Shown: positions 1 to 13,024 of the stretch, in pieces
Layout: each line of letters opens with the position of its first letter
How positions within the stretch are numbered: position 1 is the first letter of the stretch
Origin: Lama guanicoe
Taxonomy: Eukaryota
DNA: 64,000 bases
Assembly (NCBI GenBank): GCA_013239625.1
Contig: MU053559.1
Coordinates: forward strand, 2,153,205 to 2,217,204
Reading direction: 5' to 3'
Notes under the pieces: model-generated
Databases searched by the model: none
Told to the model about the DNA's origin: nothing
The model's input: the letters and a program-made list of their open reading frames with translations, nothing else
Program-made: the position numbers and the translations under genes

Positions 1-838
1 GAACTGGCCAAAGGTAGAAGACTATTTGAGAAGCGTTTATTCTTGAGGAATTGCTTAAGAATCAGGTGAGAACAGCAGGAGTCTGTGGCTTTCGTTCCTG
101 GGTCTGCTTACAGTCACTGCTTCCAGCTTCATTGGTAAAAACTGAGTTTTACCAGCATGCAGCTGGCCGTGAAGGCCAGCAGCTCTGCTACTGGAGGGTG
201 AAGACCCCATTTGGGATGGGCGTGGTTTAATCATGGCTCAACGAGCTGTAAGTGACAAATTTGATAGGAAACAAATGAGAATTCCCAGCATTCTTAGTCT
301 GAGGTTGCAGTCCTGATTGGGGTGAGTAACAAAGAAGTCAAGCATTTAACAGGGAGATCCTAGAAGTGACAGAGCCATAAAAGGGCTGAGGTTAGATCTC
401 CATATATCCGAATATCTGGGAAAGTGCACACATGCAGAGAGGAAACCAAGAGAACTCAGCAAAGGGTAAAAGCCAAGGGAGAGTTGAAAATGAGTAGCAA
501 ATTTGACTGTATCCCCCAACCCACACACAAATCAATCAGCAGAAGATGGAAGGCTTAACGGGCTTGAGAAGTTTCAGCATAACCTTTGCCCACTAAGATC
601 CCACAGAAACACAGGTTATCCCTAGAAAACCAGGCTAAAAACTAAAAACAAGAACAAAAATCTGAGAAGAGGCATCAGTGGCCACACACGATCAGAGAGA
701 CAGAGTCCATAGTTTAAGGCCAGGAAAGTTCAAAACAAACAAACAAACAAACAAGCAAAAAACCAGGGAGCACACAAATGGCTAATAAACCAAAAATAGG
801 TTCGATCTCCCAACTAATCAGCAAAACACAATTGATCA

Positions 839-1053
839 ATTTGTAGATACTGACAGGTATGTATAGAATAGATAATCAAGATTATACTGTATAGCACAGG
901 GAAATACATACAAGATCTTGTGGTAGCTCATGGTGAAAAAGAATGTGACAATGAATATATGTATGTTCATGTACAACTGAAAAATTGTGCTCTACACTGG
1001 AAATTGACACAACATTGTAAACTGACTATAACTCAATAAAATAAAATTAAAAA
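839..1053 (+). mobile_element. Young L1 3' end, 5'-truncated (camelid/artiodactyl type)
   Basis: Ends in ACATTGTAAACTGACTATAACTCAATAAA plus A-tail; near-perfect TSD AAAACACA(A)ATTGATCA at 823-838 and 1054-1070. Confidence 0.9.
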
Positions 1054-1129
1054 AAAACACAAATTGATCATTGTACTGGTGAACACCCAAACATACCAGA
1101 TATATGAGAGTTAACATTAAAATAGCTTG

Positions 1130-2350
1130 ATAAATCATTGGGAGAAATCTTAAACTATTTGATGAGTACTTTCGAGACATCCGATTATCTGTATGTGGAA
1201 AACAATAGATTTTTACCCATCCTATTGACAAAAGATAGATTTTGAATACATGTACCTGAATGTGAAATCAAAATTTTAAAACTATAAGAAAAAAAATGCA
1301 GGCGAATATCTTCATGTCCTCAGCATAGGTTACAAAATAAGCACAAGTCAAAAAGGGAAATATTGATTAGTTGGGCTACATTAACATGTAAAACTTCTGT
1401 ATAAAAATATGTCATAAATGACACCGAAACTTGAACAACTGCTTGGGAGACTATATTTGCAATGTGTATAACCATCAAATGATAAGTATCCAGAACACAT
1501 GAAGATCTTCTAGATATCAATTAGAAGTAGACAGATCAGAAAAAGATGGGTAAATGATATGAACAGGCAGTTCACAGAAGACAGCACACAAGTGGTTCAT
1601 AAACATTTAAAAAAAAAGTTTCAGCTTCTCAAGTAATCAGGAAAATGCAAAAAAAAAGAGACAAAATTAGATTCTATTTCACACCTTCAGATTAATAAAA
1701 AATAAAAAATCAGATAATGTCAAGTGTTGCTGGATCTCTGGCAAGCTAGGAACACTCAAACACTGCTAACAAGAGTATAAATTGGAGCAAGTACAATGTG
1801 GCACTAAAAATACCTAGCATTCCACTTTAAGGTATGTATCCCAGAGCAACTTCCACTTACGTTCAAGGAGACATGTGTTGTGCATTGCACGATTGCTATA
1901 ATAGAAAAATAGCAAAAACTAGTAACAAGTGAATGCTCATCACACTGGGATATATTTATATAATGAAGTACTGCACAGCTGTTGTAAATGAACTGACTCT
2001 CCTCCAAAAGTATACTGAGATATGTTGAAATAAAAGAGCAAATTGTACAATTATGTGAACGGTATGATGCCATTTATGTAAACATACATGGGAATATACA
2101 TGAAATACACCATGAATATATATGTGATGGAGCTATAAGAACACAAACTGGAAAGATACTAAGATACAAAATTCAGAAGCGTGAAAAGAGACAGGTAAAT
2201 GGCCCTGGAGAAAGAATACAAAGAAGCTTTCAACTCTGTCTATAATTTTGTTCTTGTATTTTTTAAAAATCTGAGGCAAATGGCAAAAGTTAATGACATG
2301 TTTTGCACAGTTGATTGTTATATTATTCTCTGTACTTAAAAATGTGCTCT
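1130..2350 (+). mobile_element. Ancient L1 (L1ME/L1MC-like) ORF2 3' part and 3' UTR, degraded
   Basis: Motifs such as GATATGAACAGGCAGTTCACAGAAG, AGTAATCAGGAAAATGCAAA and GATAATGTCAAGTGTTG; A-rich; no intact ORF. Confidence 0.75.
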
Positions 2351-2527
2351 AGTCATAAAATAAACATGTTACATGAGGTGGAAAGGGTTTGGAGAACCAC
2401 ATGTATTCATACTTACTCATTGGAGGCCCTTCTCCCTCACAGAACTTTGAAATGACACTACATCTGGTCAAGAGTTGCTGTGGAGACATTTGATTAAAGA
2501 TTGCTGTGTGTGAAGATTATACAATAG

Positions 2528-3175
2528 TTCCTTCTGGATATATGCCAAGCAGTGGGATTGCTGGATCATATGGTAAGTCTATTTTTAGTCTTTTGAGGAA
2601 TCTCCATACTGTTTTTGATAATGGCTGAACCAAACTACATTCCCACCAACAGTGTAGGAGTCTATCAACAGATGACTGGATAAAGAAGTTGTGGTATATT
2701 TATACAATGGAATACTACTCAGTCATAAAAAAGAATAAAATAATGCCTTTTGCAGCAACATGGATGGACCTGGGGATTGTCATTCTTAGTGAAGTAAGCC
2801 AGAAAGACAAAGAAAAATACCATATGATATCACTTACATGTGAGATTAAAAAAAAAGACAAATGAATTTATTTACAAAACAGAAACTGACTCACAGACAT
2901 AGAAAACAGACTTATGGTTACCAGTGGGGGGAAGTGGGTGGGAAGGGATAAATTAGGAGTTCGAGATTTGCAGATACTAACTACTATATATAAAATAGAT
3001 AAACAACAAGTTTACACTGTATGGCACAGGGAACTATATTCAATATCTTTTAGTCACCTATATGGAAAAGAATATGAAAAGGAATATATGCATGTACATG
3101 TATGATTGAAGCATTATGCGGCACACCAGAAATTGACACAACTTTGTAAACTGACTATACTTCAATTTAAAAAAG
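2528..3175 (+). mobile_element. L1 insertion with 5' inversion (twin priming)
   Basis: 2528-~2660 is antisense L1 and ~2661-3175 is sense L1 3' UTR with A-tail; TSD AGA(T/G)TATACAATAG at 2514-2527 and 3176-3189. Confidence 0.9.
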
Positions 3176-5094
3176 AGAGTATACAATAGAGTGTTATGTG
3201 AATAAAAATACATAGATACACACATATGATAATGTGATATATATGATGTATATATGATCATTATGCCTCTTCTGATTACTCAAGATACTGGCAGAACTAA
3301 AACTGCTAATCACAGGCTAAGAACGGAGGAAGTAACCAAAAGAAAACTCTCTGTGCAACTATGCCGAGTCCACATGTCAAGGCAGAGAGCTAAGACAACA
3401 GAAGATGATTAGGAAGCCTCGTGGAGAGAGATGCAGAAGATACGACACCCCACCCTGGCCAGAGGGTCCGGCAGCTAAGATCTCTAATTCAGGCTTTGGG
3501 CTGCACCTGATAGAGCAGAGAAAGCTGGGAGCAAGCCACTAAGAAGGAACAGCTTCACAAATCTCAGAGATCCGTGGAGCATCCCCATGAGCCTAGCTCT
3601 CTGGGAGAGGTCCTGTCATGCATGGGTGATCACATTCTCCAACACACAGCAACCAGTAGAGAGGTCTTGGGCCTGCCTCCCTCGCTCTTCCTCTAGATAA
3701 GACTGTGGTTTGCTTAGAATAAAACTACACATTCTGTAAAAACACTTTAGCTTTCCTGGGCAAAGCAATGCTGCTCAGCCATGAGCAGCAAGAATGGGCA
3801 CTGACTTGTTCTCCTGTAGCGGTGAACTGAATTGATGCTTGGCCCATCGGTGCCGTCTGAGTCCTTCTGTGGCTCCCAATTCCAAATCCTCACCAGCAAG
3901 CATCATCTTATCATCCTGCACAACTCTAATCACCTTCCAGAAGCCAAGCCCAGTACTCCAGGACTGCATAATAGAGAGGTATGATGCGATGTGGCCCCCA
4001 CTGGTGAGGGGTTTACCATCCATCGTGTATCTCTAAGAAAATTAGTAAAAACCCAAGCCGTCTCTGGTAAATGCCAGTCTAAGTTTCAAACAGTATACCT
4101 TGCAGGAGGTCAGGAGTTGCTGAGGTCCTAAAAGAAGGTTTCGTCAAATTAGGTGCGCTTGACGTGGTTCTAAAAGACAACAGCAGTCTATGGTTGAATT
4201 GCGTCTGCATGATTTATTTTTCCCCCAGAAAAGATATTTTTAGGTCAGAGATGGCAAATGGATTTCATCTCAAGTGACCACTCCAATCTATAGGTGCCCA
4301 GCCTGAAGAAGGGCTAAGACTGCTTCTGAGCTGGGAGGAAAGCATTGGTCTCCCTCCCAGGTATCTGCCACAGGTGCACTTTGAGTGGGTGGTGGCACGC
4401 GCCATTTTTTGTACATCACTACATCTGATTTCCAAAGATGGCTTTGCCTCCAGAGTGGAATCACGCACCCGTTACCCAGGCATGGTCCTGAAACACTAAA
4501 TTCAAGATTCTCCTCATCTGCACCACAAGACTCTTTCAGCTTTACATCTAATTACAGAGCCCGTAAAGAAAGTTCTGTCTCCTGAAGGTGGTTTCAACCA
4601 CCACATGGAACGTTACTGAGATGAATGTCTTTGTTCAAAGTATTGCGCTAGGATTTGCTTGGTGGGCGGGACCCTGTGGGATGCTGCCAGTTTGTGGGAA
4701 TTTTATGTGGAAGGAACTGGGTTAATAAGGTAACCATCTTGCTTTTTTTTTTTTTGAGTTAAGCATTATTCTACACTGCCTGAGTAGAAAAACCTTATTT
4801 CCAGAGCCTGCATTCAATATTTTCATAAAAGAAATCATTCTGACAGTGTACGTCAAAAAATGGGTCATGCATCATTTGAAATTTTATAGATATTTTCCTC
4901 TAGAATCGTACCAATAATAATAATAACAATAAAACATTCACTCACACACAAAACGTCCCTGAAAGATGATATGCAAGTTGATGGAAGTGCACGGTCTCCA
5001 GCTTGAAAGGCAGACATAAATACCTACAGCTCATTCTTACCCATCTCAAACTGGGTCATCGGTGAGACATGATGGAAAAGCGCAAACTCCATGC

Positions 5095-5285
5095 TCAGAA
5101 GTACCTGGATGTGAATTCCGAGTCCACCATTTTCTAACTCTATGACCTTGGGGGATTTCTTCAAATAGGGAAGGGCAAGAGTCATAGCTAGCCCGCAGGA
5201 CTGTTAAAAGGATTAAATGAGATTTTTGTATGCAAAGCACCTAGTAAGTGCCCAGGACATTGTATGGTTTCAATCAATGTAAATT
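5095..5285 (+). mobile_element. MIR SINE
   Basis: TGACCTTGG...GGATTAAATGAGA...GCAAAGCACCTAG matches the MIR core and 3' part. Confidence 0.7.
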
Positions 5286-6620
5286 CGTTTCTTCTGTTTT
5301 ACTCGCATCTTTCTTACAGAATATCTGACTATCTCTGCTCATCCTCTCTCTCGTTTTCTCTCCCATTTGCAGCTGTGAGCAAGGGCAACTATCTCCTTCC
5401 TTTCTGAAAGTCTCTCTGTGTTTGTGCTCCTGAGCTCACTTCCTTCCTTCCGAGGATGCAACCTCCTGGCCTCTGTGACCCTCCGTGTCCTTCTCCACTC
5501 TCTGTCACCAGAGGCAGCCCTTGCCTCTTTTCTACCTTGCAGGGTGGCCCCAGGCAAGCTACTGGTTGTTGCTTTTCCTAATAACTACAATCTTCAGAAA
5601 GGCACGTTTTGTGGGTATTGAAAAAGGAGAGTCTATTCCGAGGAGTAGGAGATTCAAATTTATCTATTCCTTTCGGTCAGAGACTGTATGTCTTGTTTCT
5701 TTGTTCCCTCCTCGTTGGAGTTAGTAAACATTAGTCAATGCTAAGTCAATCTAATTAAATATTTGCCGAGTTATTTATAGATTGGTAATAGGCGAAGAAA
5801 GAAGATGGCTGGAACCATGGGCAAGGGGTCAGAGAAATGAAGGGTTTTGAGAAGGAAGATATGTGAGAAAACCTGGAGAAAGGATGCTAAAGGTGAGGGA
5901 GATGTGCCTCAGTGGCCCATCAGGCTTCAGCCAAACAAAACTAAGTAAATATTAAAAATTACAAATAAATACATAAATAAATAAAATAAGGAAAAATAAA
6001 CTCTGTGGCCCAGTTACCCAAATTAGTAATGGACAGTTTGTGGGCCATGAAACGTTTCATTGTGTACCGCTCTGTTTTGCTGGGGTGCACATGATTTCCC
6101 TTACAGCCAGCTAAGCACACACTTAAGGCTTTTTAAGTCTCGCATGAAAACTCTACCCCAGCCAAGAAGCAATTTCCAGACTTTATTATGGTTCTGTTGG
6201 GGGACTTCTATATACTTTTCATCCCAGAAAAGATTTCAAGTATCACGGAAACCTTGGCTTCAATGACCCGAATAAAGTTTGGGAGGAACTGTGATTTTCC
6301 TTTTTCTTTTTTCAGAAAAGTCTTCAAATGCTGTGCAACTGACGCAGAATGCCCCTTTATAAATAGCCACCTGCTCACTGAGCAGTAACAGTGTGTATCA
6401 GACTGATAAAAACGATGCTGCTTTTAACCTCATACCACACCGGATTCTCCTCCAAGAAAACTGAACTTCTTTTGTTCGTCTTGGCACAGAGACACAGTGA
6501 GAGACACCTCTACCCTCACCACACAAAGTTACTTGATTCTTGAATCAGTTGAGTGACCTACATAAGCATTCCTGAAAGTAACATTTCAGAGTATCTTAGT
6601 AAAACCCTGTGTATAAGCAT

Positions 6621-6657
6621 GCACACACACGCATCCACACACACACACACACACACA
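6621..6657. repeat. (CA)n microsatellite
   Basis: Directly visible. Confidence 0.95.
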
Positions 6658-6679
6658 GTCTTGTGGGCATATAAAAAGA

Positions 6680-7293
6680 TTTTTAAAAAATTTTTATTGA
6701 AGTGTAGTCGATTTACAATGTTAGTTTCAGGTGTACAGCAAAGTGATTCAGTTATACATATACATACATATACATATTCCTTTTCATATTCTTTTTCATT
6801 ATAGGCTATTACAAGGTATTGAATATAGTTGCTTGTGCTGTACAATGTAAACCTGTTGTTTATATATTTTACATATAGTAGTTAGTATCTGCAAATCCCA
6901 AATGCCCAATTTATCCCTCCACACTGCCCCTTCCCGCCTTGGTAGCCATAGGTTTGTTTTCCACGTCTGTGAGTGCATGTGTTTTGTAAATAAGTTCATC
7001 TGTGTCAATTTTGATTCCACATATGAGTGATATCATATGGTATTTTTCTCTCTTTCTGGCTTACTTCACTTAGAAATGACGATTTCCAGGTCCATCCATG
7101 TTGCTGCAAATGGCATTATTTTATTCTTTTTTTATGGCTGAGCAGTATTCCATTGTGTAAGTATACCACAGCTTCTTTATCCAGTCATTTGTTGACGGAC
7201 ACTTAGGTTGTTTCCATGTCTTGGCTGTTGTAAATAGTGCTGCTATGAACACTGAGGTGCATGTATCATTCTGAATGGAGTTTTTGTCTTTTC
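6680..7293 (-). mobile_element. L1 3' end (~600 bp), antisense
   Basis: TTTTATTGAAGTGTAGTCGATTTACAATGTT start; reverse strand translates to the ORF2 C-terminal remnant FIAALFTTAKTWKQPKCPS. Confidence 0.92.
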
Positions 7294-7799
7294 CTGTCCC
7301 TTTATATTCCTGCACCTTTTTGGGGCACCGACACCTTAATTCACGAAGCTATCTGTGTCATCCTGGCGTCATTCCTGGCCTTTAAAGTCACCCTCCTAAG
7401 CTATCAATTTCACTCATTGAAAGCAAAACTCATCATCTCTCAGGATCACACAAGTTCAGGCTCAGCCTTGAGAGAGACAACTCCATACATTTTGTGTCCC
7501 AGGTCTCCCTTGCTGTACCCAAGTCCTAGCTCCAGGTCCAGAGGAGCCACTGGTCTTACTGGAGCTAAGGGGCATAGTGGTGAGGAGAAATCAAGTCTGG
7601 AAGCTCTAGGTCAGTGCCTAAATTTCCAGTACCTTTCTGTGTTTGTCTGTTCATTTCTGTTTCACAAGTAAAAGTTATTAGTCTTTTTCTCAAACTGAAC
7701 CCCCTTCCTAAAACTTGGAAGCTGTAAGACATCTTTATGATACAATTTCATGTTACTTATCAAAAACACCTATCATGTATCTAATGTATTTACAATCTT

Positions 7800-7832
7800 T
7801 TTTTTAAACATTTTTTATTGAGTTATAGTCAT
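7800..7832 (-). mobile_element. Ultra-short L1 3'-tail insertion
   Basis: TTTTTAAACATTTTTTATTGAGTTATAGTCA matches the L1 terminus at ~36911; flanked by TTTACAATCTT at 7789-7799 and 7833-7843. Confidence 0.75.
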
Positions 7833-8729
7833 TTTACAATCTTGATGAGAACATTTCCATTATCATTTTCAACCAAGTGACTGTATCTGTCTTCCCCAAG
7901 TGCTGAAAAATCATCCAGAGTGGCATGCTATGCTTTAATAGGGAGCCTTATTCAAACTAATGTGATCTTCCCTGTTTCTCACTAACAGAAGTTTTCTTTC
8001 CCTTGTTTGCGGAGATGAATGTTTAAACTTTTCATCCATGTTGCAGTGACATCACAGGCTCCAGTTTGTTTGCCAAGTAAACAAATCAGCATGCGAAGGC
8101 CTCATGCACAAAAGATATAAAGATTTCCCAATCATTATCCCTGTCTCCCCTGATTTAGCTGGCTCCTAGTACAAAAATCATCATTTTGAAAAATCTTCAA
8201 AATTTTCACTAAAGAGGCTCAGATTCCAGCAGGAGTTTGAGGATGGAGGGCTGGGGGAGAAGGGAAAGGCTCTGTGGCAGGATTGTGAGGAAGTCCATCT
8301 AGCTTGACCAGAAGTCCACTGTAGTACCTTGTAAAAGTCACTTGACCTCTTGGGCCCCCATATTCTCCTCTTCCCATTTTAGATCATGTCTAATGTCCAG
8401 TGAGCCTCCATGGCTCAAAGAGTCTATGATATCAAGAGAGTTGGATCCCCCCTCCTTGCCCCATTCCAAGGCTTGGTTAGCTGTTAGGAGAACACGGTTT
8501 GGGCACTGGAATGGGTCGTGCAATTGCTTCAGAAGCACAGTGATGTGGGGTTGCTTCCTGCCCTGGAAGAACCTCACCATTTATTACCATATAAGCTCCC
8601 TCTCAGGCAGCCCACTTGGGATTTGGGAAGATTCTTTGACCTACGGCAAGGCTTTCCCACGGACGTTCCTTCAGCAGGAAGAGCATGGCTTTAAGTTCAC
8701 AACGAGATGAGGTTAAATTCTTCTTCTAA

Positions 8730-9130
8730 CACAGTAGTTCTCCACCTGAGCCGCACATTCACATCACCTGGAGAACTTTAAAAAATAATATCTAGGGAGG
8801 GATAAATGAGGAGTTTGGGATTAACAGATACACACTACTGTATATAAAATAGATAAACAACAAGGACCTTATATACAGCACAGGGAACTACATCCAATAT
8901 CTTGTAATAAAAATATGAAAAAATACATGTATAACTGAATGACTGTGCTGTACGCTAGAAACTAACACAACATAACATTGTAAATCAACTAAACTTCAAT
9001 TTAAAAAAATAATAATATATGGGTCCTACTCCCAGAGATTCTGATATTGGCCTGGATGTAGCAAAGGCACTGGGACTTTCAAAAGATTCCCAGATGGTTC
9101 CAAACGCAGGCAGATTCCAGGACCACCGTC
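8730..9130. mobile_element. MER5A-like hAT-Charlie DNA transposon, split by an L1
   Basis: CAGTAGTTCTC...CACATTCACATCACCTGGAGAACTTT on the left and CCCAGAGATTCTGAT...CCCAGATGGTTCCAAAC on the right. Confidence 0.75.
8792..9003 (+). mobile_element. L1 3' end inserted in the MER5A-like element
   Basis: L1 3' UTR terminus ACATTGTAAATCAACT; TSD AAAAAATAATA at 8780-8790 and 9004-9014. Confidence 0.88.
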
Positions 9131-9312
9131 AAGGCCATCTCGTACAGTGATTCAAAAGACTGGCCTAAGATCCCTCTTGAAGATGGATAGTGAAAGAAAG
9201 GAGGAAGAAAGAAATGAATCATCTGGGCAGAAGACCAAAGGACAAATAAATGGGAGGAGGAAGGATTAGGAGGTACTGAGGCCATCTTTATTGTCCTGAG
9301 AAAGCAGGTGCT

Positions 9313-9788
9313 ATGTAATGGAATACTACTCAGTCATAAAAAAGAATAAAACAATGCCATTTGCAGCAACATGGATGGACCTGGAGATTATCATACTAAG
9401 GGAAACGAACCAGAAAGAGAAAGAAAAATACTATATGATATCACTTATATGTGGAGTATTTTAAAAAATGACACAAATGAACTTATTTGCAAAATAGAAA
9501 CAGACTCACAGACATAGAAAACAAAATTGTAGTTACGAGGGGGAAAAAAGGATGAAGAAGGATAATGTGGGAGTTCAGGATTTTCAGATACTAACCACCA
9601 TATATAAAATAGATAAACAAGGTCCTACTGTATAGCACAGGGAACCAAATTCAATAGCTTATAATGGCCTATAATGAAAAAGAATATGAAAAGGAATACA
9701 TATGTATAAATGAATCACTGTGCTGTACACCAGAAATTAACACAACATTGGAAACCGACTGGAAGTCTAAATAAATAAATAAGCAAGC
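9313..9788 (+). mobile_element. L1 3' end, 5'-truncated
   Basis: Perfect TSD AAGCAGGTGCT at 9302-9312 and 9789-9799; L1 3' UTR sequence with (TAAA)n/(GCAA)n tail. Confidence 0.92.
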
Positions 9789-10934
9789 AAGCAGGTGCTG
9801 AACAGATGTATCCTACTGGTGGGGCCACGGTTCTGTGCGAGCAGCTAACTCCCCATCTTGGCTTCTGGCTTCACAAGAGCCCAGGAGATGCGAAAGCCAG
9901 TGCTGTGCAGAGAGGTGTCTGTTTTCCATCTGGCTTTCTGCTGTCCCTCCCAAAACACTGCCTGGTGAGGGGACTGCTAATGGGGCACACTTTCTCCGTG
10001 GGCCACCCTGTGCTGGGTATATGTGGGCTCGAGGACGCAGCCGGGCTGCTAAAGACAGGAGCCGGGAGGACGGGGTGCAGACTCCCGCAGACCCCCTGAT
10101 CGGGTAACCAACGGACCCGTATCACAATCATTTCGATTGCACTTCCGGAGCCTGCGCTGTAATTGCCTCTCCTCACAAAACAGGCTCCCCAGCCGTTTAA
10201 GAGAATCGATCTGGGGAAGGCATTTCTTTGCTTGAGGTATTATACTAAAAGCAGTCGCCTGAGAACAAAAGCCATAGCAGCAGAAACTGACAGGCCTATA
10301 AACTCCAGGGCACTCAGACCGATACCTTATTTTATAAAACACCTTACAGTTTCCCGAACACTCCAACACACTCTGTCTTTTAGGTTTGGTTCAGAGCATC
10401 CCTACTAGGCAGGGAAAGCATTTAACCATCTCCTTTTATACAGAAGGGCACAAAAGCTCAGAGTGGCTTAGTAACTGATCCAAGGAGTCACAGCCATTGT
10501 GCTGGCTCTAGACCTATTTGTTCTCGGTCAATTCTCCTCGTCCTGCCCCTGCTCTGCTTTGCAGGACCAGGAGGTCGACTCCTGCAAGCTAAACTTCTCA
10601 GGAGGCTCTGGGTGGAGGGAGGAAGAAGCTAGCCACCCTCCACCCCAACCCTTCCCGTTTCAGGTGGCTTTGCCTGCAGGGACTGCGTCTTTTCTCTTGC
10701 TGGGCAGACCTGTCCTGGTGGCAGCTTTGGCTGGCTGGCTCCCATCCCTCGGTGCCCGTGCCGTGGCCTGTTCCCTGTCACCCCCTGTTTTTGTGTGCTC
10801 CTGCTGTTGCGAATCTCTAAGTTGCCAAGTGGCTTGTTTGGCTTCTCGGCAACCCCTCTACCTGAGTAACCAGCTCCCTGCATTAAAGTGCTCCATGTTC
10901 AACACTCAGAAGGATTCTGTTTACCGGCTCCACT

Positions 10935-11385
10935 CTATCAGGCAGGTCCTGGCAGGAAACAGATGGTGTACTCTACAGGGGAACCAAGGAAAGTTGAACA
11001 AAGAGGCTGTTTACACTGATGTAGGCGGGTTGAAGGGAACTGACAGGGCACGGTAGGAAATTGCTAGGGACTCACCTTCCCCGGACCAGCAAGGGCAAGG
11101 GGAGGATGCTGTATTACCAGAATTGGATAAGAGCCACCACCTTGGAACGAAGAGCTCCTGACATGCGCTGTGGTTATAGGCATAGGAACATGGAACTGCC
11201 AAAATCACATGGCGAAGGAGGGAGGAGTATAAATACACCTTTCACTCCTCCCATCCTCCTGTCTCCTGCTGGTGCCTCCTCCTAATCAGACCTAACTAAA
11301 AGCCAGGGGCAATGAAGAATGAGTGATGCCATCCATGCGGGTCCATCTCCAGGGGCAAAGGAGACAAGGAAGGTTGATTAGACCC
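10935..11385 (-). mobile_element. ERVL LTR (LTR33-like)
   Basis: GGTCCTGGCAGGAAACAGATGG terminus and CTCCTGTCTCCTGCTGGTGCCTCC resemble the LTR33 reverse strand. Confidence 0.6.
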
Positions 11386-11789
11386 AAGATAAATATGACA
11401 CATAAATCTTTATTTTGCTTCTGCTGATGTTTATTGCATAGAATGGGTTCAATATTCATGCAAGTCAAGTTTTTACCTGTGACTTTGGGATGCTAAAGTC
11501 CTCTCTGGGCGTGGTGCCCTCAGAAGGAAGATTTCTCTGGTAGCTCTCCTAAGCTCATTCTGATCGGCGAGATTTTAGGTAATTCTGACATTTATCGTGT
11601 GTGTGTGTGTCTCTGTGTGTTGATTTCATTTTTTTTTCAATGAGCAAATAGTTTTATCATTTAAAAATTGCACTATTTTATTTTCAGGCTTTATAAAAAG
11701 ATGATTTTTGGGACAACTGGGTCTCTAACGCCCAGCCTCATTTCTTGGTTGCAAACAGTATTCCTTGAGTTTCCACAAGGGGAGAACTC

Positions 11790-11895
11790 CCTTGTTTTAC
11801 AGACAAGGCGCCCTGAGCCCCTAAGAGAAGTGGCTTGACCCAAGTCAACCTGCCAGTTGGGGACAGAGCTGGGACGAGACCCAGATCCCCTGCTT
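11790..11895 (-). mobile_element. MIR fragment
   Basis: TTTTACAGACAAGG...GTGGCTTGACCCAAGTCA...CAGAGCTGGGACGAGACCCAG. Confidence 0.6.
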
Positions 11896-13024
11896 GCCTC
11901 CAGCACCCCTCTCCGGCTGAGACTAAGGACTGGTTTTGCCGCCTCAAAAACAATATTCACTGCCTTTTCCCGGGAAAGCTTCCGTGAAACGAATGTCTTC
12001 TCAGGTAAAGGATGCAAAGGCAGAACAAGGGAGGGGTGGGAGGGCGAGCTCGAGCTGGCGGGGAGAGGAGGCACAGACGGAGGGTGACAAGGCGGGAATG
12101 GAGGGGGCGGAGCTGTGAGAAGGGCTGGCTGGCGGGGTCACGGGGACTAAGCAACCAATGTCCATAAAAACAAACAAGAGACTTACAGTGACCCTCCATC
12201 GCTGTTTCCTGGGCAAATGCATCTGAATTTGTTTTCACGAAAACTAACATCTGTGCAGCCACGACGGGCTGGGGTTTTGCCAGGCTCAAAGTGCTTTATT
12301 GGTTTCTGCACCCTGTGAGGTCGCCCTCCCCCCACTCAGCCGCCGGGCCTTTTATAGACACATGCTTTGTCTCAGGAGGAACGCACGGCTGAAATGGATT
12401 GCTTAATGTTCTAGACTAGAGTGAATCTGCTAGCGTCCCAGGAAATGCCAGAGAATGTTCCTTAGGATGTCACTGGGGGCCCATCTGAGTACTTAGCACT
12501 TGGGTGGGTCTGAGAATTCAGTCCGCTTTTGAGTGGCATAGCTGTGTGACCGGGTTGGACTGGTCTTCTTAAGAGACAGAAAGCTCAGGTCCAGAGGCCG
12601 GAGTGACTCTGGAGCAACCGGAGCAAATGAAATGTGGAAGCCATGTAGGACCCCGTGAGAAAATATAAACATGCCCCATTGCCTGTAAAGCCCTGCTCAC
12701 AGCCCGCAGCACTGGTCACTCAATATTTAAAACTGAGATGCACACAAAATATTCCAGCAGCTATGAGCTGAGGCAGAGAAATATTGCCAAAGGGGCAAAT
12801 ATGTTTGCTACACTCTTCTTTCTTTACCCTCTTGTCTTTCCACTGTCACTCTGTGGGTGTCCCGCCACCTCCAGCTGCCTTGACTCCCTGAAGCCTCCAG
12901 TCACAGGCAGCATTGCACTTAGACCCTTTCTTCAAGCTTCAGATGACTCTCCTCGGCTCATCCACACCACACTCATTCCTTGAGGGCACTGCATTGGCAG
13001 AAATGACCTTTATAATCTCATCCT

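Noticed and set aside
1..720. Possible ancient L1 5' region or other old repeat (likewise 3300-3760, 25640-26850 and 38080-38290)
   Set aside because: Looks repeat-derived, but I cannot assign a family or boundaries without a library search
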